A stretch of 45,898 nucleotides of DNA from Octopus bimaculoides (GCF_001194135.2 NC_068984.1:123234278-123280175), one strand, 5' to 3'; numbered from the stretch's first letter, positions 25,690 to 38,175 are shown. Notes: a model not told the origin generated them from the letters alone. Numbers and translations are program-made.

Positions 25690-25787
25690 CTGAACTTTAT
25701 CTCAGTTTAGACCGAACAACAGAAGCTGAATCCTGCGTACAGGAAACTTCTGCCATATTTCCACTATCTTACCAAGTAGCTTTCATG
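25690..25787 (+). CDS. TTC7: TTC7-like exon 4 (98 nt, phase 1-0): (A)ELYLSLDRTTEAESCVQETSAIFPLSYQVAFM
   Basis: tttgcag acceptor and ATG|gtatgt donor; TPR helix pattern; in frame with neighbouring exons. Confidence 0.92.
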
Positions 25788-25818
25788 GTATGTAATCTCT
25801 TCACTTTTCCTGCTGAAT

Positions 25819-25820
<2 letters not shown>

Positions 25821-25859
<39 letters not shown>

Positions 25860-25873
25860 CCACCACCACCACC

Positions 25874-25907
<34 letters not shown>

Positions 25908-25924
25908 TCATCATCACCACCACC

Positions 25925-25956
<32 letters not shown>

Positions 25957-25962
25957 TATTAT
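25821..25962. repeat. compound (CAT)n/(CAC)n microsatellite about 33 bp downstream of the exon 4 donor
   Basis: direct reading. Confidence 0.95.
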
Positions 25963-27142
25963 TTTCTTTCTATTTCTTGTTCCACTGTTTTAATTTGAAC
26001 TCTCTTCCTAGTAACTCATTCTTAGAGTTCAACATTTCTTCCATGGCCCACATTATCACAATTGACTAACCTACCTCTTCCCATATTTACCTAATTCTTC
26101 TTTTGTTTATATTTGAGGTTAATTGTGAGGTTAAGGTGCTAAACTTTTGACTATATGTCCATAAGTTCACACCTTATTACTCCAGCCATTTTGTTTTCTA
26201 TCTGAGCATGACACTTGTTTATTCCAATTTCCCTACTTCACAGTTTAGTGGTTAGTGGTAATACCAAATTTAAGTAGTTGATTCCTACAAATAAACAACT
26301 CCAGTATTGAAATATAGTAATTAAAGGTGTAACTTCAGAGGTAGATTAAAGGATATATCACTAAAGTGATAAATTACTGAACCTACTTATTTATGGACTA
26401 ATATCTGCTCAGTTTAAATCCACTGCAGGTATTTTTATTGTCCAGAGGACACTAAATTCTATATCACCTTTGTATGCCTAAAGAATTACTTGGTTTTCTT
26501 GGAGAGATAGTTGTAATGGACTGGTTTAAATTTAGGGAAGGAGATATCTCACTTGTAGGTCTAAAGAACTGGAATTAAGTGCTGGTCCTAAAACGATTAA
26601 CTTTTTAACACCTTAAATGCAGAAACATAATGCTTAACAATTGGTGATGCATGACATAGTTACAATAATTCCACTGTATGTCAACTTAAGTAACAGTCCA
26701 AGTGATAGGAACTGTAGAGTAAGTGACTAAATGCCTTGAGGTATTTAGTTGCATTATTCCAGTCAGTTGGTGTGGCTATATTGGCACTGTTTTTCGGTTC
26801 AAATCCTGCGGTCTGGGTTGATCATTGTCTGTTACTTGCCACCCGTACACCCATCCTTGGTTGATAAATAAGCATCCATGATATACTGGAGTTGATTCAC
26901 TCAACTAACACTATTAGCCCACAAGTTTGTGACCTTGTGACAATGATAGAAATTAATATTTCAGCAACATTATTTCTTCCTAGCCAATTATCCACTACCC
27001 TTCACCAAAGAGATAACTAAAGTATAAGCCAGCACAACTGGATCTACTTCATTGTTTCTGTAATCTGGCTTCTTATTGAATAGGTTATGTTGACATTTCA
27101 CATCACACTGTGAATCAAAACTTTGTTCTAAATTGATTTTTG

Positions 27143-27177
<35 letters not shown>

Positions 27178-27840
27178 ATATATACATACATGCACATATA
27201 CACATAGGCACATACACAGAATTAAGCCATTGTTTCACTCTTTCATGTATTATTCTGCCCTGTTTTTGTTTAATTTTGTTTTGTTGTTTCTTTAATGTTG
27301 TTGCTGCTTTTAAATATTTTATGTATTTGTGATATGTCTCTTTATGAATGTGAGAGTATGGATGCCTAAAATGATTTGATACTAGAAAACTAGCAGAAAG
27401 CCTCATTATTATTCTCTTAGCAGTAGCGCTGTATTCTGTACATCTATATATGCTAAGGTACTTGAATCCTTATAACTGAGGCTATTTAGCTATAAGTAGA
27501 CACCACTATGACAGTTCCATTCCTCTTATAGAGAAAGATACCTGTGATATACCAGTGGCCTAAGGAGTTCTTGAAACATTAAACTTTTCCATCTTCTTCA
27601 CAACAAGCAGCAAGCCAATTTATTTCATTTTTGAACTGTTTATCCAGAGGGAGATTTATCTCTTTCTTCTGCTTAATATTTTGGAAACTGGGGGAGAAAT
27701 CTCAATCGCATTGATTTAGAGAACATTTAAATATAAATAGACACAACCAATACCCTCCCTAATCATGGATTAGGGAGGGCATTGGTTTTGTCTGTTCTAC
27801 TTTCATTTTGAATAGTTCTTAATGGCTTATCAATGAGGTT

Positions 27841-28016
27841 GATCATCATCATCATCATCATCATCGTCGTTTAACGTCCGCTTTCCATGCTAGCATGGGT
27901 TGAACGATTTGACTGAGGACTGGTGAACCAGATGGCTACACCAGGCTTCAATCTGATTTGGCAGAATTTCTACAGCTGGATGCCCTTCCTAACACCAACC
28001 ACTCCGAGAGTGTAGT
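27841..28016 (-). mobile_element. family C copy
   Basis: (CAT)n-cgtttaacgtccgctttccatgctagc..cttcctaacaccaaccactccgagagtgtag. Confidence 0.85.
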
Positions 28017-28030
28017 TGATGTTACTGTAT

Positions 28031-28074
28031 TTATGTAACATATTTTTATGTAACATATTTTTATGTAACATATT
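28031..28074. repeat. 15-bp tandem repeat x3 (ttatgtaacatattt)
   Basis: starts at 28031, 28046 and 28061. Confidence 0.9.
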
Positions 28075-28469
28075 CCAGACATATTCTTACATTACTCCAT
28101 CATCCCCACCAGAATGCAAAGGATGTGAACCTTATTGATGTTGCTTTCTGTAAAAATAAATAGGATGAAAACTACCTTCTCAAAAGCTTCTGCAGTGTTG
28201 TTATATCACCGAAGACTGTATCTTTGGATTCACTTGTACCAAATTCCTGATAATAACATTTATTAATTCTCCTCTATAGCCTTCTTTTCGATATAGTTAG
28301 ATCTTATCAGAATAGACATAAAATTATTATTTTGTGCTGTGATATGAAGGCAATGCAAGTAGGAGGTGACCTTTAATCACTTTGACCTTTGTTTTTAAAT
28401 CGACATTCAGTCTCAGCCACATCAACATTGTTGATTAGCAGAAGAGAGAGAGAGAGAGAGAGTTTGTGT

Positions 28470-28682
28470 AATTGCCCAGTCTACTAGAAATAGCAGCCAA
28501 ATATACTTTAAACTTAGCCCACCATCTTAAAAACACAAAAAGGAAAAAGAAAAGAACATTGAATAATGTAATCTTAGAAACAATAAAATGATTGATCACC
28601 ATTAGACTGTCTTTCATCATAGATCTGTTGGATCTAGATCCTCTTGCTCAGGGTTGACTTGAAGCTAAACAACAAATAAAAT
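28470..28682 (-). repeat. interspersed family E copy (gagggagatttagctgctatttctagcagg motif)
   Basis: same motif in + orientation at about 17000-17200, 30200-30260, 33000-33045 and 37845-37900. Confidence 0.55.
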
Positions 28683-29342
28683 AAAAAGAGAGCATTGAAG
28701 TAGTCATTTCACTAATCTCCTGTAACCCTTTATTTGTGAAATTAAATTTTGTGGTTATTCCAATAATGATGTTAAATGTCTATCAAAATAATAGAATTGG
28801 TATTTTCTGCAAGTCATATAGCCTCAGTGAACTTGACATTTCTCAACAAAAGATAGACTGGCATATAAAACTACTTTCTGCAGTTAATAGGTGATGAAAT
28901 TTTGAGTGCATATATTTGATTTCTGAAGTGAAAAGGATTAAATTTCACCCTGCCCTCTTAAAAAAGAAAGAGCAGAATGGATAATATAATCCTAAATAAA
29001 CTATGTCTGAATAAAAGACAGAATGATCTGCTGGAATGCTTTGTTCATTGTTATGCTTGATCTGAGATGACCTGGGAGGAAATAACATCACCAATTAAAG
29101 TAGAATGGCCTACTCGTATATCAACTGATTTTCTCCTCACATTTTCACTCTCTTTACGTAACTTGAATGTTTACATCTATGTCCAAACTGTTTACAGTTT
29201 TTGTAATAAAGCTTTTAAACAGGTTTATAAAAATATTTTTGCCATACGTAAAGCCTTTTATAAAGCATTAAATTGCAGTTTTTGTAATAAATCTTTTAAA
29301 TTTGTTAATAAAAATATTTTTGTCATACCTAAAATCTTTTAA

Positions 29343-29575
29343 GGTAGGGAGCCAGCAGAATTGATAGAGCACTGGTAAAAGTGTCTTGTGATATTTCTTC
29401 CAGCTCTTAATGTTCTGAGTTCAAATACATCTAAGGTAAACTTTGTCTTTTATCTCTCAGGGGTTGATAAAATATGGAACCAGTCAAGTAAAGGGATTGA
29501 TGGTATTGATTAATCTGCTCCCTTTGAAATTGTGGGCCTTGTACTTAAATTAGAAACAAATATTTTAGTGTAGTA
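29343..29575 (+). mobile_element. family A SINE, degenerate
   Basis: gttctgagttcaaat and ggttgataaaat..accagt modules. Confidence 0.65.
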
Positions 29576-29594
29576 TTCTAGTTTCAGAAAATAC

Positions 29595-29750
29595 CTATGT
29601 GGTATTAGAAAAGGCATCCAGCTGTAAAAAGTAAGCTAAATCAGACTGGAACCTGGTTTGGCTCTCCGACTTGCCAGCTCTGGTCAAACTGTCCAACCCA
29701 TGCCAGCATGGAAAATGGATGTTAGAGGAGGAGGAGGAGGAGGATGACGA
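29595..29750 (+). mobile_element. family C copy whose tail has drifted to (GAG)n
   Basis: aaaggcatccagctgta..ccaacccatgccagcatggaaaatggatgtta-(gag)n-gatgac. Confidence 0.8.
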
Positions 29751-31209
29751 CCTATCAGCAAATCTGTTGTTTGATTTTAAGTGTATATCTAAAGAAGAAA
29801 GACAGACAAACAGCCTCACAGTTTTCTCTTTAAGTGACTGCTGAATAATGTTTAGGTTGAATTGCTTTTAGGGCATGAGTGGGTGGGACATTCTGGAAGA
29901 ATGAATGAAATATTAGGGTTGCTTCCTCAGCAAAACAGACTTCACTATATTTACTGAAGTAGTGATGTGATGAGAATATCACTAAACAGATGCACAGTAT
30001 TGTACATGAGTGGGGCAATGTTGTGATTCCTTGGCAAAGTAAGGTGAAGTTTATACCTTACTGCAGAGGTCTAAGACTGAAACATGTCTGGAGTTCTCTT
30101 GTATTTGTGGAAATCATTAAAATGTCAATCATTGAGCTAATACTGAGCTTTTTCCTCCCCATATAATTATTTCTAATTAGAATTTTGAGGCTTACTTAAT
30201 TTTTTTAAAGATGGTAGGGAATAATTTGAGGGAGATTTAGTTGCTATTTCCAGCAGGTCAGATAAATACAGAAATATTTAAGTCATAACAATGATAGAAA
30301 TTGTATGAAAGTAGTATAGCTAGTTAGACCAGGTAGCTTGTAATGCTGGGTCTGTTTACAGTCTGTTATCTAATGATTTTCTTGAATATGACATAGTCTT
30401 AATAACCTAATATTGTATTTATTTCTTAACCTGTATGATGTATCTCTTCAAAGTTTAATAAATGGGGTTGATGTAACAGATACTTTGGATAGAGTGTGAA
30501 ATAGTACGTAATTTTTTTATGCTTAATATAATAATGTATACTTAAAAATTATTTGATAATTAGAGCAGAAAATTCAGTCCTATATCTGATTGAAACACTA
30601 GTAATCAGTGAATAAATAAAGCCTTGTATTAATGACTGGAATACCTGGTTACTTCCTATAGCATTGAAAGGTGGAGGTATAGGGCGAGAACTGTTGAGAA
30701 GTTCTAAATCTAATATTTTAAGAGAGTGGTACTCTCTAATAGGGTATGTGTAGACCTTGTATAAAAGATCAATAACTATTCACTTTTAAAGTACTTGTTG
30801 GTTAAGATATGAAAACTCAAGTTTAATGTTCTTTGAGTCTGTTTATGTCTGTTTCGTATGTAGCTGAAGATTGAAGACTGAAGATAGAAGAGGTAGGTGG
30901 ATAAATAGTTACACATACATTCACACAATATGAAAGAGTAGAAGCATGTGTGTGTGTTATATCTGTTTGTATATAATACTTTTTTCCAGAAATGCTTGTT
31001 TATTCATATTGTTTTGAATTAATCATGCGTTACCTTATAGATTCAAAATTTTGATGTGATTAATTGTTTTAGTGTGACATTGTAGGGTAGATGTAAGAAC
31101 ATCATTCTAAAATGACATTGGTCAAACTGAACATAAAACAGGTAGGATTTTTGGCTGTATATAGCCAGTTTCAATATTCAAGGGTTACAGCTAAATATTA
31201 TGGGTACAT

Positions 31210-31480
31210 AAAGGGTAAAGGATAAAGACCCCCTTTGGTCATGAATGACTTATAGGGTTGCACCTAGGAAGCTACCCTCCGAGGCACAATTCTGGGCAAG
31301 GTTGTTTATGGAAGACCAGCAGTTGCATACCAACCTCTCCTCTTTTCTACAGCTGAGTGAACTGGAGCAACATGAAATAAAGTGTCTTTTTCAAGAACAC
31401 AACACACAGCCTAGTCTGAGAATCGAACTCATAAGCTCATGATTGTGAGCCTGACGCTCTAACCACTGAGCCATGTACCT
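31210..31480 (-). mobile_element. tRNA-derived SINE (family D) with a ctttaccct-like tail
   Basis: minus strand has A box TGGCTCAGTGG, B box GAGTTCGATTC and CORE-like tgttcttgaaaaagacacttt. Confidence 0.7.
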
Positions 31481-32019
31481 ATGTACTATGGGTACATAGT
31501 ATACACAATGTGCATGAGAACTAAATTTTGTCCATTTTCTCAGTTCTAACAGTGTAGTCACATTTAGGATGGCATTAATTATATCAATTGTTCAAGGTAA
31601 CTAGTGTGTAATGAAGAGTTTGAATCGCTATAAGGATACAGTTTTGTTTGAGTGTCATAATACATTAATTGTTTATTATATTTCAATGAGTGTGTCTACA
31701 TAGTCTGTAAGGTCATATCACTTAAGGTTGTTTATTATTTTACTAATACATCAGAATGATTCAGAAGCAAAATGTAAAACTGAAATAGAAGCAGCAAAAT
31801 GATAAAATGTACCTAGTTTCAGTTCATAATGCAGCTATATACTGCAGTTTATGTATATATGTGGCTACGAAAATATACACTTCTTAAAATTTTGTGTTTC
31901 ACTAACCTACTACAATTGGTAATAATGCAAAGGTGTGCTAGACACAACCCCTCCGCCTCCGCCGCCACCTCCACCGCCGCCGCCGCCGCCGCCTCCGCCT
32001 CCTCCTCCTNNNNNNNNNN

Positions 32020-32682
32020 TGAGGACCAGTCACACGGTACTGGCAATGGCCACGCTCAAAATGGTGTTTTTTACATGCCACCTGCATGGGAGCCAGTCCA
32101 GCGGCACTGGCAATGACCTCACTCGGATGATTTTCTAACGTGCCACCAGCACAAGTGCTAGAAGGTGACGCTGGTAACAATTACGCTCAAATGGTGTTAT
32201 TTACGGGCCACTAGCATGGAAGCCAGACAGCTGCTCTGGCAATGAACACGCTCGGACAGTGCTGTTAGTGCTCCTCTGGTGCAGGTGCCAGTCATCGAAT
32301 ATGGTTCAATTACGATTTCGGTGGCACGTAAATAACACCATTTGAGTGTGATCATTACCAGCGTCGCCTTACTGGCACGTGAAAAAACATTCAAGCGTGG
32401 TCATTGCCAGTACCGCTAGACTGGCTCCTGTGCAGGTGGCACATAAAAAACACCATTTGAGCATAGCTGTTGCCAGTACCGCCTAACTGGCCCCCTTGCG
32501 AGTGGCACGTAAAAGCACCCACTACACTCTCGGAGTGGTTGGCGTTAGGAAGGGCATCCAGCTGTAGAAACTTGGCCAGATCAGTTTGGAGCCTGGTGCA
32601 GCCACCTGGTTCGCCAGTCCTCAGTTAAATTGTCCAACCCATGCTAGCATGGAAAGCAGATGTTAAACGATGATGATGATGT
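32020..32682 (+). mobile_element. subrepeat-rich self-complementary element ending in the RTE-type tail
   Basis: left arm about 32021-32211 is the imperfect reverse complement of about 32321-32495; family C tail at 32496-32682. Confidence 0.85.
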
Positions 32683-33901
32683 TATACAGTATTGGTTTCA
32701 TTTTTCAACATCATTATTAGAAACATTTGACTTAAACTAGCATTGTTGAAAATTAGATAATAGTGTAACCCATTATGAGAAGTAAATAACATAGTCACAG
32801 CTGTGGTTGTATGGTGAGAAGTTTGCTTCCCAACCTCATTCACAGAAAAACTATTGTTTTACTGTGAGAAAAGCGCTGTTGAAGTGTTAAGTGAAATTTG
32901 GCAATCGAAGATTGAATCCACGCTATGCTTGCATGAAGCCAATACAAATATATTGTGGAATAAAAACTTTATCTACTGTCATGGAAAAAGTGTAAAAGGT
33001 TAAATTGCTATTTCTAGCAGGCCAAATGACTATGTAGAGGCTTTTTTATTGACTTATTAGAAGCAAGTGTATAGATGGGAGGTTTTCATGGAGGAGTCTA
33101 CTGAAATTTTTGTTGTGCAGATTAACAACTTTGCTTAATCAGAGTTTACTAGGAAACAAATATCCACAGATATGTAATACAGGTATATAGGTCACTAGTA
33201 GATTTAAACCTGTAACTGTGGTTGTTCAGAAAGAATTATGCTTGAAAGTATTGATGGAGGCTATCATATGTTATGAACTTTGATTATATTTGAGAAAAGT
33301 GAAGCCTTGTTTATTTTTATTCAATGCCAAGACAGTAAATGTATATATATATATATATATATATTGTAAACAATCTGTTCATTTATGAATATAAAGCACT
33401 GGATGTATCAAATTTCTATATTTCTTTTCTCGTGAAATGTCCAACTCTGAGATCATATCACAAACAATTAGATGTCACCTGCTATTAAGTCACCCTGCAC
33501 GATAAATGAATTATCATTGTCTCCAATGCTTGTGGCTTCATTTAATTAGTGGTGTTGCAGTTCTCATTGAACAATCGTCTGAGACAAATATTAAATATTC
33601 ATTTATTTATTTTTCTTTTGATTTATTTCCTGTCTGTTGTTCAGCTTTACTCGGAAAACTTTTATATATTCCATGTTATTCACCAGGAAACATGTCAGGA
33701 ATGTGATATTTTCAAACTTTTTGCTCTGCTCTCAAAACGATTCAATAGCTTCTGTTATTTTTGATGAATCAGTGAAACTATATTTCTGGTACTGTTGTAA
33801 AATCATATCATCATTGTCTCCAAACATCTGTAATGTGTTGACCTTTCAGCCAAGTTACTGGCATTTTTCCTAACCTTATTGTTTCATGTGTAAATATTTG
33901 T

Positions 33902-33949
33902 AATGTTAATCGACATAAAGGCTGAATGTTAATCGACATAAAGGCTGAA
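33902..33949. repeat. 23-bp perfect tandem duplication
   Basis: aatgttaatcgacataaaggctg x2. Confidence 0.9.
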
Positions 33950-34520
33950 CACAAGTAAAATGAAAGAGCACCTATGTATTGGAATAAGAGTAAATATGGA
34001 ATAGACATGTGTAAATATATGATGAATGCTGAGTGAAAACTGTAGTGAAGTAGCAGTCAATGATATCAGTGTCCGAGAAAAGTATGGGGAGAAATAGTGG
34101 AGTCAAATCCCAGGATGTTGGGCTTCACAGATGAGGTAATGAAATGCTAAGGAGGACCTGAATAAGAGGGATGTAGTAGAGGTTTTCAGGTCTATCACTC
34201 TGTTAAACACAGTGGTGATAATTTTAGCAAAGGTGCATGCCAATATACATATACTGTATATAGTTGTATATAATAAATCTACCCAACCCTTGTCAGCATG
34301 AGAAAACAAATGTTAAACCATTGAAAATGGAGATAGTAACAGCTATTCAAAAATTTTACCTAGGCATTCTGCGTGACATTCATGTTGAGTTTTGTTTATG
34401 GATGTTGCTATTTGAAATTTCTAATTACTTTGTTTCCAGTGAAAAGTTCATCACTTTCAGATTGGTTATCATAATAATTAAACATTGTTAGTTATAAACT
34501 TGTTTCTTTTTCTTTTATAG

Positions 34521-34625
34521 AAGGGACGTGTCCTTGAACATAAGAAACGTTTCCAAGAAGCTAAGGTGTATTTTGAAAATGCTATCTCCATCAATCCTGG
34601 CCATGTAAAGAGTCTAGAGCATTTA
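34521..34625 (+). CDS. TTC7: TTC7-like exon 5 (105 nt, phase 0-0): KGRVLEHKKRFQEAKVYFENAISINPGHVKSLEHL
   Basis: long pyrimidine tract ending tttatag and TTA|gtaagt donor; canonical TPR (A..Y/F..A..I.P). Confidence 0.92.
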
Positions 34626-35225
34626 GTAAGTAACCATATAAATTTCTTATGACATGGTATATAGTTTATCTTTTAACCATATAATTTATATTTTACATGT
34701 TTTTGTTGGTGGGGGGGGGGCAACTGGAGAAAGAGGGTGTTCCCACCACAGCCTTTACAGGCCATCCAACACCATTGAGATCAACACAGTAAACATTCCT
34801 GTTCAATAGCTGTAAGTTGAAACAAGGTCAAAAAAAGAATTTCAGGAGACCTATGATTTGGAGATAAACTAGACATGCTGGTTATTACAGGGCCTGAGGT
34901 AGGTACATGGATACAATATGGATGACAAGATAAGAAGCCAGAAAGCTGGGGTAGTACCTGAGTTGAAGTGGCATGAGACTAGTAAACTCTGTGGAAGAGG
35001 GGCCACTGTAGCTGCAATAGAAAAGACAGAAAGGAAACAGTTTATATTTGGGCCAGAGATGAATGTGTTGGTGACTGAATTAGTGAACTTTTTAAGCATT
35101 TGGTGGTAGGTTTTGCTAACGATAAAAATCAGAGCAACATATGTTAGCTTTAGCAAAAAGATAACTAAAGAGTGTAATAGAACAGAGAAAACACTATCTA
35201 GTTATTTAGAAGAAGTATCACAAAT

Positions 35226-35446
35226 TACAGTGAGGTGCTGAAAATTTCTTGGCTTTAGGTAAAAGAAAATATAGGAGGATCAGTTAATTATGATTTTATT
35301 CAACATATTCCCCTCTTAGATCCACACAATTATTGCAGTGGTCCTTCGGTTTTTTTAAGCCTTGTAAAAGAACTTGAAAGGTTGGGTCTCCAGCTAGGCC
35401 TTTCACAATACCCTTAAAGCCAGGAACTTTTTAGCACCCCCTTATA
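35226..35446. mobile_element. mariner-type MITE
   Basis: TA-flanked imperfect TIRs of about 30 bp: gaggtgctgaaaatttcttggcttta / taaagccaggaactttttagcacccc. Confidence 0.75.
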
Positions 35447-35659
35447 TGTGCTAGTGGTGAGAATAGCTCTCAACCTTTTCTTCAACACGGAACATGGTAG
35501 ATGCATTGTTCAAGTTAAAGTGTGTGTACTGAACATCAAAGCATGAAAACCATTTGATGCACATTGATGGCAAAGGCACAGCATGGAAGCAAAGCCACAA
35601 TTCAGTTCTCAGGTCCATAATACTTAAACACGGAGGTGAAAATTTTAGCAATGGTGTAT

Positions 35660-35905
35660 GACAAGAAGTCAGTGCCTGTTGTCCATAATGTAGGGCATCC
35701 AGCTGTAAAAACCTTGCCTGTGCTGGTGCTGCATAAAAAGTACTCAGTCCACTCTGCAGAGTGGTAGTGTTGAGAAAGGCATCCAGCTGTAAAAACCCTG
35801 CCAAAATAGACACAGTGGCCTGGGGTAGTCTTCTACCTGGCCAGCTTTTGTCAAACTGTCCAACCCATGTCTGCATGGAAGGTAGATGTTAAACAATGAT
35901 GATGA
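35660..35905 (+). mobile_element. family C copy with an internal duplication of ggcatccagctgtaaaaacc
   Basis: motif at about 35693 and 35779; (GAT)n tail. Confidence 0.75.
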
Positions 35906-35909
35906 ATGT

Positions 35910-37020
35910 AGAGCTGCATTTGTTCAAATGCAACCATCTTCAAGAACTCTTGCATATCACACACTCAGTCTATCAAGAATATCCACTTATCCTCCATTCT
36001 ATATGTGTTTTCATTAGAATCACTGCTGTGGAGGACAAAAACTTTGAGGAGCTGGGTCATGATAAAACTATCTGAAGACCTGAATAATGTGACTGTCATG
36101 ATGTTGGACACTTTGAATTTAGAAACAGTTGGCCCCACATTCAAAGAGCACTAGGGTTTTATAGGAGTACACATTGAGAAGGACAAGTCAGTGGGAAAGT
36201 CCATAATGGCCAGCAGTGGTTTCTGTCACATGATTGAGTAGGAGCCAGTTAAGTTGTCTGTATCTGGTTCAGTTTGGACACTCAGATGGGTAGAAACTGG
36301 AGTGAGGTTGTAAGTAGAGTGGCCAGTCTCACAAAGAAGTAGGTCCAGAAGAAGCTGTTCTTGAAAGGTTGGGTGGAAGTGGTTAATACCAAATTTACTT
36401 GTCCTAAGGAATAGCTAACCAGTTTGGAGCTAATGTTCTTTCACTTCTTGTGAAAGGGACAGGTTCAGTTGGTCAGAAAATTAATCTGCTACTGACAATT
36501 TTTGTAGGGACTTTGGGATGTCATTACTGATGACGTTGAATATGCTCGGTTGCTAACACACTTGCATAAAACTCCAGCAATGGCAATGAGGGTGAAGGCA
36601 AACTTGTGTATGTATCATTTGTGCAATGTTTTTCTACAGCTTGTCTTTGATAAGGCTGTAGTCAAGAGTCAAGCATAGAGAAAAGTTGTACTTTTGACAT
36701 CTGGAATGTTGCTAAGCACTTAAATCACTACCAGCTGGACAGTGTGACCAGTGTAAAAACATCACTTGCATCCTAAAGAGAAAGTATGAGTGACGACACC
36801 CTGGGGATGATTCTAGGTGTCAACAAAGACACTCTCTGTAACCTCTCTTGGAAGAATTTCAGGTCAGGATTCATAAACAACTCTCCAAATTTCCTTGACA
36901 TAGCATTGCTACAGAGAGGTTTCACCTGATTGAGACAAGCTCTACAAAAGATGGAAGTTCCAACAGCTGAACTTGTCTGAGATGTGTGCAGAGTAACAAA
37001 ACCATCTTGCATGCTCTCAT
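35910..37020 (+). mobile_element. heavily decayed Tx1/L1-like RT and C-terminal region
   Basis: remnants resembling ITRSVRQGCPLSPLLYVLALEPLL and GVWFG..Q...NWSEV.SRVASL....R.LSLKG; extent approximate. Confidence 0.5.
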
Positions 37021-37266
37021 TTGGCATCTGTGCATTACTGATTTATAAGCTTGTGTTGAACAGCTTTTATCATGTGAAGGATGGATTCAGCTATTAGCTG
37101 AGTCTTTACTAAAAATTGACCTGCCAACTTACTTTAGTTGGGAATGGTGTTTAGTCTTCCTCTACTTGATGGTTGCACTGAAAGAAGTTAGGTGGTAAAT
37201 GCTTTTAAAAGGTTTGAGGTCAGGGATTTTTTTTTCTGGCTAAACTCTCATTAATTTCTTCAAGTA

Positions 37267-37284
37267 CCACTTGAAAAGGAAGGT

Positions 37285-37328
<44 letters not shown>

Positions 37329-37343
37329 NNNNNNNNNNNNAGA

Positions 37344-37382
<39 letters not shown>
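37267..37382. repeat. (GA)n-gap-(GT)n microsatellite
   Basis: direct reading. Confidence 0.95.
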
Positions 37383-37385
<3 letters not shown>

Positions 37386-38055
37386 CGGCCTTCTAGTGTG
37401 TTTAATGACAGAGAGAGTTGAGTGAGAGCAGCAACATTGATGAGGCTCTCTTGGCCTACTCTGACTATGATTTTCTAAATAGAAAAAAAAAAAAATGGTT
37501 CTTTTGATGCTTTTGATGTGTCAGTGTAATCTGAGATTCTGTGCAGAGTTTTAATACCTTAGACTTACTACGGATGGTCTTCCTCTCAATTGAAAAATTT
37601 CTCTTGTTGATATTTTATTGTTATATTGTTTTTTTTTTTAATTCATCTTTTTTTTTACTTGATGTAAATCCCACTTTATGTTGTAATTCATCATCGTATT
37701 ATCCTTCTTTTGCATTCTTGTGGTCAATCAAAATAAAAAAATTAAAAAATGTGAATATTTTTAGGTAATAGGTAGTAATTGCATTGATTTTCTTGATTGT
37801 GTATTCCCTCAGTTTTTTTTTTTAAACAAAAATGAATATCATTCTAGGGGAGGGATTTGACTGCTATATCTAGCAGGTTGAGAATCATTATAAGGGCTTC
37901 ATCATCTTGAGAGGATAACATTGTTGTAGACTTAACTAATCCATACCTTTTTTGAAAATAAATTGAATAGTAATAGATGATGATTCTGATTTAAGGATGG
38001 TGGTGATAATAATGATGATGATGATGATGATGATGAATATAATTGTCTGTTTCAG

Positions 38056-38147
38056 GGGAATGTATTACATAACCTAGGAAATGACCGAATGGCTGAGAAG
38101 GTGCTCCGTGAGGCAGTAAATGCTGATACTAAATCACATCAATCTTG
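38056..38147 (+). CDS. TTC7: TTC7-like exon 6 (92 nt, phase 0-2): GNVLHNLGNDRMAEKVLREAVNADTKSHQS(W)
   Basis: tttcag acceptor and TG|gtatgt donor; matches the LAEKILRDAV..AHEVW pattern of TTC7B; no stop codon, so the gene continues downstream. Confidence 0.92.
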
Positions 38148-38175
38148 GTATGTTTCTCTTTGTTCTTTTCTCAGT

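Noticed and set aside
31380-31480. tRNA gene (A and B boxes on the minus strand)
   Set aside because: no complete cloverleaf; it continues into a SINE body. The same applies to the head at 38922
31935-32009. GC-rich poly-Pro/Ala coding segment or CpG island
   Set aside because: short (CCG/CCT)n microsatellite next to a gap, with no splice context
33420-33900. possible LINE endonuclease remnant on the minus strand (FIVQGD-like)
   Set aside because: only one weak motif; too decayed to support
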